From contig CP147779.1 in NCBI GenBank assembly GCA_037308085.1, forward strand, positions 512,001-576,000: DNA of 64,000 nt, read 5' to 3'. Below are positions 1 to 7,931 of the stretch, piece by piece. This stretch comes from Promethearchaeati archaeon SRVP18_Atabeyarchaeia-1. Lineage in GTDB: Archaea > Asgardarchaeota > Atabeyarchaeia > Atabeyarchaeales > Atabeyarchaeaceae. The translations under genes were made by a program, and so were the position numbers. The first letter of the stretch is position 1; every line of letters begins with the position of its first letter. The notes under the pieces are model-generated. The model did no database searches, had not been told where the DNA came from, and was given only the letters and a program-made list of their open reading frames with translations.

Positions 1-108
1 CGCATGGAACAGAATCGAACCCACTACGCCGTCGATCTTCCGCATGACCCTCCCCCAAAACGCTAGGCCAAGCAAGAAGAATATCGGCAAGAGGACACTT
101 CCAGCCAA
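1..108 (-). pseudogene. C-terminal fragment of a CPBP (CAAX/Abi) intramembrane protease, running off the window edge
   Basis: Manual minus-strand translation LAGSVLLPIFFLLGLAFWGRVMRKIDGVVGSILFHA resembles the CPBP C-terminal His motif; no N-terminal part upstream. Confidence 0.45.
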
Positions 109-110
109 GA

Positions 111-389
111 ATGAATGAAGAGTTTGGGCGCCCGTACACTCTGCTTGGAGTCAAGTTTGGCCCAGGACTAATCATCGCCTCCTTACCATTCGCATTCGCA
201 CACGTTTTGAATCCTTTCAATCCATTTGCCGGTCGCTTCGATCTAGCCCCGTGGTGGGGTCTATTCACCTTCTTTGTCGGACTATTCTTCGGACTCATCA
301 GGGAAAAAACAGGTAGCATACTGGCATCAGGAATAGCGCACCGGCTCTCAGATGCAGTGGGACAAGGATCTATGCTCGCCTTCTCCTAG
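111..389 (+). pseudogene. N-terminally truncated CPBP family intramembrane protease
   Basis: FAFAH and REKTGSILASGIAH motifs present; EExxxR motif region absent. Confidence 0.6.
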
Positions 390-543
390 CAACACAAAGT
401 TCCTTATTGCTCCATAGGGCCACATTCTTCAATTTGACCACCGGTACGTAGTCTTAGCGCTCATACTGGTGATCGCATGTATTTCAATGCTAAGGGATAA
501 CAGAGGTGCCCAAGACCGAGGTAGGTTGCAGCTGAGTTCCTGT

Positions 544-1491
544 TCAGGTCATGACGCCTATAGCGAAGAATGTGAAAATGAAGGCGTCTTGGACGAAGTG
601 GATTGTCCATGCCCAGAAGAACCCCTTGGTCTCCAGCAGGCTCTTGCCTAGGAACCATCCCAGAAAGGTCGAAAGAATGACACCTATTATGCTATTTGGT
701 ACACCATAGAAGTGACCGAGCCCAAAGTAAATGGCGGTGATTAAGAGTGCCTGGTGCTTGCCAAGGACTTTCCAGAGTTCCGAGAGGGGCGCAGCCCTTA
801 ATGTGAATTCCTCGTTAAATGCGTTAATCGCAGCGATCAGCACGGCAACCGGAATCAAAGGTAGTCCATTTACGAAGTCATTCAACGTAGGCCTTGTTGC
901 CATAAACAGGTAAGCGAGCGTAACTACGCTAAAGACTACCGCAAAAATAGATCCTATCTTGACCCACGTATCTGTTTCCTTGCTGTTAATTAGCTTGGAC
1001 GGCTCAACAGGCGCATTGATTTTGCCCTTGATGAGGAAGAAGTCTGGGCGTCGGCGTCCCAACAGCACCAGAAACACAATTATGATCAATGCGGGCGTGA
1101 GTCTTAGAAGATGAATTCCGACTGACAAGGGCGTCTGATTCTGCAACACTGGGCCCAGGGAACTATCGCGAACGACAAGGAGCAAACCCCAATTCCAGCC
1201 ACCTCCGTACCCGCACAAGAATATTATCAGTAGGATCACGAGAAATGGTCTAAGCGGCCGCAACGATGAGGAAGCAAAGGCAAGAGCAAGCAGTACTATC
1301 AGCCCGACAGTTGGCACCCACGGCCACCAATCCATAACCCCGGGCGCAACTGAGTTCCAGAAAACTACTGCAAGAGTACTCACAAGCAATGTCGCTACCC
1401 AAGCGACAACAAGTGAGCCCCGATTTGGAGTTATATCTGCTTTCTCGACTTGCTTCTTCATCATATTCTCCACTATGAAGGGGTCCTCCAT
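544..1491 (-). CDS. CPBP family intramembrane glutamic endopeptidase
   Basis: Multi-TM protein with NEEFTLR, FGLGH and WAWTIH motifs. Confidence 0.9.
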   Translation of the reverse strand: MEDPFIVENMMKKQVEKADITPNRGSLVVAWVATLLVSTLAVVFWNSVAPGVMDWWPWVPTVGLIVLLALAFASSSLRPLRPFLVILLIIFLCGYGGGWNWGLLLVVRDSSLGPVLQNQTPLSVGIHLLRLTPALIIIVFLVLLGRRRPDFFLIKGKINAPVEPSKLINSKETDTWVKIGSIFAVVFSVVTLAYLFMATRPTLNDFVNGLPLIPVAVLIAAINAFNEEFTLRAAPLSELWKVLGKHQALLITAIYFGLGHFYGVPNSIIGVILSTFLGWFLGKSLLETKGFFWAWTIHFVQDAFIFTFFAIGVMT

Positions 1492-1997
1492 GGATCTTGC
1501 TTGGGTGTCTTTATCTAGAGACTATTTAAAACTTGTCACAAGAATCAAGGCATCTAATGGCTTACTGGGTCTAGGCGTCCATCAGTCTCAATTGAGTCGG
1601 TTGTAGTGGCTTCTTCGGCGCGGGATCAAAAAGGGATCAGGTGTTTACCCGAAGTAACTAGCGAACTAATCATTCTTGGTGAGCTAGTCGCAGAACCAAG
1701 TCTGAGGGTCTTGAGATCGATCCTAAAGCAATGGTGCTGTGCGGGTACATAAGAGTTCGTGAGGACATTGGCTCTATCGGTAAGAGGGTGTTAGAGAAAG
1801 AGAGGTCTGGTAGGACACGAGTTCGGGGACACAGAAAAGACTAGAAGCACAAGAATCTATCCTTACAGACTTACATTCTTCTTTTTTTGGTTTGATATCG
1901 TCTCCCTAGCAGATCGTGCAGTGAGCATGTGTGAAGAATGGAGTAGGAGCATAGTGTAACGGTAACTGCGGCGACCCACACTCAACAGCGTCCATTA

Positions 1998-2390
1998 ATG
2001 CTAAATAGCGCCTTGTACTCAGTGCTTGCACTGCAACTATCCAGAAGAACGAAGGAGGAGAAGGGAAGAGGCATGTGCGCTAATCTGATAGTGATAGCTT
2101 GGGTACCGCAAAACAAGGCAAGCAAGATAGCTGAAGTGTTCGCTAAGAATCCAACTATCAAGGGAGTCAAGAGAGTGGGCAAATGTCCCTATGCAACTCC
2201 AACCGATCGCGGCGTAAGGATCATAGACATATTCGAAGTTGAAGACACAAAAGTTGCCGAGGCGATCAGAGAGATAACCAAATGGGAACAGCCATACGCG
2301 AATGCGGTTCCGGAGATGTCCTACTCGCTTGAGCCTCTATTGACGCCAGAAGAGGCTTTCGTGGCAATAGGGATGCAGCCTCCAAAGTAG
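1998..2390 (+). CDS. hypothetical protein (true start probably ~2073)
   Basis: Protein-like ORF with purine-rich RBS before ATG 2073; T-tract downstream. Confidence 0.6.
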   Translation: MLNSALYSVLALQLSRRTKEEKGRGMCANLIVIAWVPQNKASKIAEVFAKNPTIKGVKRVGKCPYATPTDRGVRIIDIFEVEDTKVAEAIREITKWEQPYANAVPEMSYSLEPLLTPEEAFVAIGMQPPK

Positions 2391-2518
2391 ACTTCGATCC
2401 CTGTAAACAGAGAACCACCCAATGAAAGACTATCTAGAACCACCCTTCTTTTTCTACTCTCTATTCTCGTTAGCCCTTATTGCACGGGCGTGTGAGACAC
2501 ATAGGATTTCGGAGTTCA

Positions 2519-2630
2519 TGAAGAAGCTCGCTTTGCAGGTTGCGAACGCGTCGGAGAATGAGATGCCTAAACAGGAGAAAAGACTAGAACCACGAATATG
2601 AGTGGTTAGAGACCTACAACCTTTTTTTTG
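2519..2630 (+). repeat. dispersed intergenic repeat, copy C
   Basis: Aligns over ~110 bp with 3461-3570; core ACAGGAGAAAAGACTAGAACCAC, AACCAC/GTGGTT hairpin, T-tract. Confidence 0.85.
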
Positions 2631-2767
2631 ACGGGCGAAGAGACACTGGCGGGTTATATCATAATATAGGATAGAACACTATGTCACTTGACTCATCGTT
2701 TGAAGCCATTATTGTGATCTCCCAATATTCTTGGCAGTGCAGGCTGATGGAAAAGGGGATTGTCCGC

Positions 2768-3064
2768 ATGAAGGCGAAGCTTAAGGACATAATATCCATT
2801 GTCAAGGCGCTTGAAGGACAAATAAGGAAAGAGTACAAGGCAGAGGTCATTGGAATTTTCGGTTCCTATGCACGGGGGGAACAGCAGGCGAGTAGTGATG
2901 TGGACATGCTCGTGAAGTTTCTGGAAGGAGCAACTCTGTTTGACTTTGTTGGTCTTGGAGATTTTCTTGAGGATAAACTCAACGTGAAGGTAGACGTTGT
3001 CTCGGAGAGAGCAATAAGGGTGGAGTTGCGGGACCAGATACTGAAAGAGGTCGTGACAGTTTGA
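2768..3064 (+). CDS. MNT (minimal nucleotidyltransferase) antitoxin
   Basis: GSYARG...SDVD motif; overlaps the downstream DUF86 gene. Confidence 0.9.
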   Translation: MKAKLKDIISIVKALEGQIRKEYKAEVIGIFGSYARGEQQASSDVDMLVKFLEGATLFDFVGLGDFLEDKLNVKVDVVSERAIRVELRDQILKEVVTV

Positions 3065-3399
3065 AGAGGGACATAAAGCTCTTTGTCAAAGACATAATCT
3101 CTGCTATGGACTCAATTGAGAAATTTGTCAGCGGTATGACTATTGACGAGATTCAAAAGGATGACAAGACCTCTAGTGCTGTGATTAGGAAGTTTGAAAT
3201 CATCGGAGAGGCGACAAAACATATTCCAGACGCGTTGAGAATTAAACACTCCGAGATTCCCTGGAGCAGAATGTCAGGAATGAGAGACAGACTGGTTCAT
3301 GCTTATCTTGGGATAGACTATAGGCTTGTGTGGGATGCCATTAAGATCGATATACCGAATCTCAAGCCCAAATTCGAAAGGATCTTGGTCGATCTTTAG
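3061..3399 (+). CDS. HepT/DUF86 HEPN ribonuclease toxin
   Basis: RDRLVHAY (Rx4H) motif, EIIGEA motif, paired with MNT. Confidence 0.9.
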   Translation: MKRDIKLFVKDIISAMDSIEKFVSGMTIDEIQKDDKTSSAVIRKFEIIGEATKHIPDALRIKHSEIPWSRMSGMRDRLVHAYLGIDYRLVWDAIKIDIPNLKPKFERILVDL

Positions 3400-3460
3400 G
3401 ATGGACAAGGGTTAGGATTAGACCCTTAGCACCAAGAATTTGCTTCGAGCCCAAGCTTTC

Positions 3461-3570
3461 TGAAGAAGCCCACATTGTAGGTTGCAAACGCATTGAGGAA
3501 TGAAATGCCTAAACAGGAGAAAAGACTAGAACCACAAACATGTGTGGTTAGAGACCTACACATCCTTTTT
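3461..3570 (+). repeat. dispersed intergenic repeat, copy D
   Basis: Direct repeat of 2519-2630; AACCACA/TGTGGTT hairpin followed by T-tract. Confidence 0.85.
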
Positions 3571-3680
3571 CTGCGACTACGAATAATCTTCTATTTCGAA
3601 ACCCGCCCTGTAATTGAGACGGGCGATCATATACAAGTATTCTGGCCAGGAAGTATTATATGCCAAGGCGCACGCCTACA

Positions 3681-4197
3681 CAACAGTTCCAGTCTATATA
3701 GGTTTACATAGGTGTAGGTCATACAAATTTAGGTATAACTGAAAGACTCTACGGTCTCAGGAGCCACAGGTACAAGGAGGTTGTCGAAAGCGCTAAGAAC
3801 CTATTCACTCAGCCATAACCAGGGCGAAGCACTTAGCGGTTTAATGGCAGCCTACAACACCACCCTCAATCCCATACTGCAGTGCGTCTGGCAGACGACA
3901 GAGTGGAAGCGGCACCAGATCAAAGGCGAGAAGCAGTACAGGCTCTACCCCATCTTCAGAAAGGATAACGCGTTCAGGCGGGAGCTGAGGAATAGGCACC
4001 TAGCGAGATGGAGCTACGCTGCTCACTGGGTTGACTCCGCCATGAAGACAGCCTTCAGCATCATGGCATCGTGGAAAAGGAATTACGACAAAGGTGAGAG
4101 AAGGAGAACATGTCCACGTGCGGGGAGGCTCTTTTTGCGGGTCAAGCAGACACTCCTCAAACTTGAGGGGGACACGCTCAGGATCACCGTGAAGTGA
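3681..4197 (+). mobile_element. tnpB: truncated IS607-derived element: left end plus N-terminal third of TnpB (3781-4197)
   Basis: 138 aa closely similar to the N-terminus of TnpB at 44446-45720; 3681-3750 matches the reverse complement of ~45924-45993. Confidence 0.85.
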
Positions 4198-4254
4198 AAA
4201 AGAAGCCCTAGCGCTTGTAACCTAGTAGAACGTGACAAGGGAGACAGTTGAGAA

Positions 4255-4926
4255 TTGGCGAAATCAAGTTCTAATATTGGATTGCTTAGAAAAGCGTCAT
4301 TATGGATCTGCGTAGCTGGCATCTGGCAACTTCTTCCAGTCATCGGGTTCATGATCCTAGTGTTCGGAATGCTCTACACGATATCAACTATGATACCGAT
4401 CCCTATAGAGGCACTCCACTCGATCTCTAACTCGTACTTGCTAGCATCCGCTATACTGTGGATCACGATACCGATTACCATCATTCTTGGCTACTACTCG
4501 TACAAAGTTGGCGTCCTTTATGGTTTCGGCTCACTCAAATTGACAGGGATCTGTAACATTATCATGACACTAGCCTACCCTGTTCTCTTCATTGGGTTGA
4601 GCCAATTCGTTCAAATGTTATCCTCGATCTTACCGTCGCCACCAGTTGACTATCCTCAGTTAATGCAAGGCTGGATAGGCTTACTTCTGATCGGAGGAGT
4701 GTTCGTTTGCTTCTTTGGCCTCATTTCGCTCATAGCGTTCATATTTGGTTCTTCCGCTATGAAGAAGAATTCTGGCATTGGAAAGTTCGGGAAGGCAATG
4801 TGGTTATCAATCGTGGGGCTGCTAATATGGTTCCTGATCCCCATTGCAGTAGCCGAATTTGGGTCCGGACTTAGAAAGCTATCGAGACCTAATACAGCAA
4901 GACCAACTGGTGCGGCGAAACAGTAA
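4255..4926 (+). CDS. hypothetical multi-pass membrane protein
   Basis: 223-aa ORF with several hydrophobic segments. Confidence 0.7.
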   Translation: MAKSSSNIGLLRKASLWICVAGIWQLLPVIGFMILVFGMLYTISTMIPIPIEALHSISNSYLLASAILWITIPITIILGYYSYKVGVLYGFGSLKLTGICNIIMTLAYPVLFIGLSQFVQMLSSILPSPPVDYPQLMQGWIGLLLIGGVFVCFFGLISLIAFIFGSSAMKKNSGIGKFGKAMWLSIVGLLIWFLIPIAVAEFGSGLRKLSRPNTARPTGAAKQ

Positions 4927-5003
4927 ACTCCCAGATCCGCAACAAAACGACTGATTTGTCCTCCCAAGCTCAGAGTCGAGCCCTTGACGACTAGAATCTC
5001 TCT

Positions 5004-5118
5004 CTAGCCTAGGTTTTCAGAAACACCCGCTTTCTGGATTGAGATGCGCGGACAGGAGAAAAGACTAGAACCACAAACATGTGTAGTCCTCTGAAATCTA
5101 AGTAAAACCCTTTTTTTC
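5004..5118 (+). repeat. dispersed intergenic repeat, copy E (internally deleted)
   Basis: ACAGGAGAAAAGACTAGAACCACAAACATGTGT identical to copy D; ends in T-tract. Confidence 0.75.
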
Positions 5119-5333
5119 TGGCTGCACACGCGTCTCGTCGTTTGGTAGCTAGCTGACAAAGTGAAGCTAGTTCCTACGGAGAAGATCAGGAGACTTGGCG
5201 CGCGTTGTGACCGAAGATCACCCGCTGCTAGGAAGTATCATATATCGTAGCGCACGCGATATCAATGGTTATATATTTGGCTCATATGCAAGTACCGTAA
5301 TCATCCCGGTTTTGAAGGAAGAGGAGATTCAGG

Positions 5334-5900
5334 ATGTCAAGAACTGAGTCCGAAAATGGTTCAGAAGCCTGGAAGAAATTCCTGGGAAAACACTGGAGCA
5401 TAGTTGCCATGTTTGTAGTGGCAGGTCTTCTTGCATTTGTAGGCGCAGTTTGCGTCTTCTTATGGTTCGTTGGGAATGCTCAATCGACAGGCATCGTACC
5501 TGCGGCTTTGGGTCTTTGGACAATGGGAAGCGTAGTGACTTTCATTTTGTATTTGGTCTTCTGGGAGCTTCTTCTTATTGGGATCCCTGTGGCCTTAGTC
5601 GCAGTGGCTGGTTGGCAATGGTGGAAAAGGCTACCTGATAAGGAGAAGAGGGAATATCACCCCTTTGGCAAACGCTCACGTGCAAGACGCGGTGGAAGTG
5701 GAATACCCCTATTGTTCTTCGTTGCGTTCTGCATCAAGGTCTTTATCGATGGAAACTGGAACGTTGCCATTGCTACTTGGACCTTGAACTATGTTGTAAA
5801 TTCGATTATCGCAATACTGATCTGGACGGCAATTATTTTCGGAATTCCTATCGCTATAGGGCTCGTCTGGTGGATACACCATCAAGTTAAGAAGCCCTAA
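5334..5900 (+). CDS. hypothetical membrane protein
   Basis: 188-aa ORF, ~4 TM segments, GAGGAG RBS. Confidence 0.75.
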   Translation: MSRTESENGSEAWKKFLGKHWSIVAMFVVAGLLAFVGAVCVFLWFVGNAQSTGIVPAALGLWTMGSVVTFILYLVFWELLLIGIPVALVAVAGWQWWKRLPDKEKREYHPFGKRSRARRGGSGIPLLFFVAFCIKVFIDGNWNVAIATWTLNYVVNSIIAILIWTAIIFGIPIAIGLVWWIHHQVKKP

Positions 5901-6149
5901 CTTCTTTCTTGCTTGCATTGGTCAGATTTTCAGAATCGTTGAAATTCAGAAGGCGGAACTACTGATGAGTGAACGCACTATACTGAGAAAGTTGGGAGCC
6001 GACACCCACATAAATGAGACATCGACATGCAGAGATCAAGGAAAATCCCGGATTCAGCAAGACAGAGTGGGCTCTGTAGCGTATAAGAAATCTGAAACAT
6101 GAGGGTTTCCTAGCGCTGGGATTCAATACACTAGAGTTGTGGTTGAGCT

Positions 6150-7082
6150 ATGAAAAGAATAAGGTTTGGGGTTCAAGCCTTGCAAGGCATGCCTGACTAC
6201 GCTAGCCTCAAGAAGGTCGTGCTAGAGTGTGAGCGCCTCAAATTTGATTCAGTGTGGGTATATGATCATCTTCACTTTAGCTATGGGCCTACACTTGAAT
6301 GCTGGACGGTTCTAGGGGCGCTGGCAGAAGCGACCAAGAGCATAAGAATTGGCCCACTGGTGACGTGCAACGCATACCGCTATCCCTCTATTCTGGCTAA
6401 GGTGGCGGCGACAGTGGATATGATCTCTAATGGGCGCCTGAACTTTGGAATAGGCGCAGGTTGGCTTAAGGAAGAAGCGATAGCATACGGCATACCATTT
6501 CCGAGAGGCCGCGAACGCGTTGAAATGCTGGACGAAGCACTGACAATAATAAGACAGCTATGGACCAAAGATAAAGCTGAATTCAAAGGCAAATACTACT
6601 CACTTAGTAGTGCAGTCTGCCTTCCCAAACCAACTCAGACACCTCATCCACCCATCCTTGTTGGCGGAGGCACAGGTACAAAAATGCTCAGAGTCATCGC
6701 TAAGCACGCTGACGCTTGGGACATGGGATTCGAAACCTCAGAAGAGATCAAAGGGGACCTTGCCAAGTTAAAGGAGGCTTGCAGTGAGGTAGGTAGAGAT
6801 CCGAATACAATTGAGAACACATACCAAAGCAGAGTTATAATAGCCGATGAGGATGAAGATGCATTTGCACGGGCGGAGAAGTGGCGAGAAGAGCGACATG
6901 GAAAAAAGGACGATCCGGACTGGAAAACCGCCATAGTTGGTTCCCCGAAGAAATGCATCGACCAGTTGAAATCCTTGGTAGATGTTGGCATAACCAGTTT
7001 CAATCTGCTCTTTCCAGACGTTTTGAAGCTTGAACCTCTACGCCTCTTCTCCGGCGAAGTGATTCCCGATTTCCAAGAATAG
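6150..7082 (+). CDS. LLM-class (luciferase-like) F420/flavin-dependent oxidoreductase
   Basis: SVWVYDH, IRIGPLV, GRLNFGIGAGW and PPILVGG motifs. Confidence 0.9.
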   Translation: MKRIRFGVQALQGMPDYASLKKVVLECERLKFDSVWVYDHLHFSYGPTLECWTVLGALAEATKSIRIGPLVTCNAYRYPSILAKVAATVDMISNGRLNFGIGAGWLKEEAIAYGIPFPRGRERVEMLDEALTIIRQLWTKDKAEFKGKYYSLSSAVCLPKPTQTPHPPILVGGGTGTKMLRVIAKHADAWDMGFETSEEIKGDLAKLKEACSEVGRDPNTIENTYQSRVIIADEDEDAFARAEKWREERHGKKDDPDWKTAIVGSPKKCIDQLKSLVDVGITSFNLLFPDVLKLEPLRLFSGEVIPDFQE

Positions 7083-7372
7083 TCATTTGCTCTCTCTGCA
7101 GGCTATTTCTCGGATATGCTTACTAGGTTCTGGCTGGCGTACAGAGTAGATCAGTGCGCAATTCGGTTTCTGGTGGCTTTGGATTGGGCTCCAATAGCAG
7201 CTACGCGACGCAAAGAAAACATCATCCAAGGAGCGCTGAACATTAGTCGTACATTCTTTATCGCTGCCGACCTCTAGACGCGAATCGTCCAGGAATGAGA
7301 CGCCCAAAGAGTAGAAAAGAATATAAGGAATTCACTTTATCCGTAAGCTAATGCGGGTGGAAAGACCTGCTT

Positions 7373-7589
7373 GGGCCCGTAGCTCAGTCAGGTAGAAGGA
7401 AGAAATGAGTACCTACCTATAGCGCCGGACTCTTAGAGGAACTGTTTCCCCTTAGAGGGTGAGGCTTTTAGACGCCAGCTGATTGCCTAGAGATTAAGCC
7501 ATCGAAGAGCAGCGTAAGGAAACCCGGTGGCCGGGGGTTCGATAGCGAGTTGTTTGATGGACAAGCCGAGATTCCCCTCGGGCCCGCCA
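7373..7589 (+). tRNA. tRNA-Lys(UUU) with four introns (7396-7420, 7429-7463, 7471-7521, 7544-7572)
   Basis: Removing four BHB-bounded segments gives a fully paired cloverleaf: GGGCCCG-TA-GCTC AGTCAGGTA GAGC-G-CCGGG CTTTTAA CCCGG-TGGCC-GGGGG TTCGATT CCCCT-CGGGCCC-G-CCA. Confidence 0.9.
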
Positions 7590-7619
7590 CATTTGCATGA
7601 GCTGAACCGCCGTTGTGCT

Positions 7620-7895
7620 ATGTCCGAATCGAGACGGAGGCGTGACCGCGTGTCTGTAGACGAGACGAAGAAGATTCTTGATCACGAAATGGTTCCCAGG
7701 CACCAAATTCTGACGGAAGAGGAGAAAGAGGCGCTACTCAAGAAGTACAATATCAAGGCTGAATGGCTTCCTCTGATTAAGTCCTCTGACGCTGCTGTGC
7801 GTGCTATAGGTGGCAAGGCGGGGAACATAATTAAGATAATGAGGAGAAGCGCTACAGCAGGCGAGCATGCCATTTTCTATAGATATGTCGTATAG
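7620..7895 (+). CDS. rpoH: RNA polymerase subunit Rpo5/H
   Basis: HEMVPRH...LPLIKSSD...YRYVV; first gene of the rpo operon. Confidence 0.95.
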   Translation: MSESRRRRDRVSVDETKKILDHEMVPRHQILTEEEKEALLKKYNIKAEWLPLIKSSDAAVRAIGGKAGNIIKIMRRSATAGEHAIFYRYVV

Positions 7896-7931
7896 GGTTA
7901 GCGCCAGCAATGCGAGGAGGTTTCGCGTCTA

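Noticed and set aside
3493-3711. 72-aa ORF MRNEMPKQEKRLEP...
   Set aside because: It is the translation of repeat copy D; the frame is not preserved in copy C
1831-5118. Repeats as a CRISPR array
   Set aside because: Units are ~110 bp, degenerate and separated by whole genes; no regular spacers and no cas genes
7373-7589. tRNA-Lys(CUU) with one 86-nt anticodon intron as the primary call
   Set aside because: Requires A31-C39 and BHB mismatches; the two-intron parse gives well-formed BHBs and a perfect CCGGG/CCCGG stem with UUU
7527-7619. N-terminal extension of RpoH in the ORF track
   Set aside because: Overlaps the tRNA gene; ATG 7620 is more plausible
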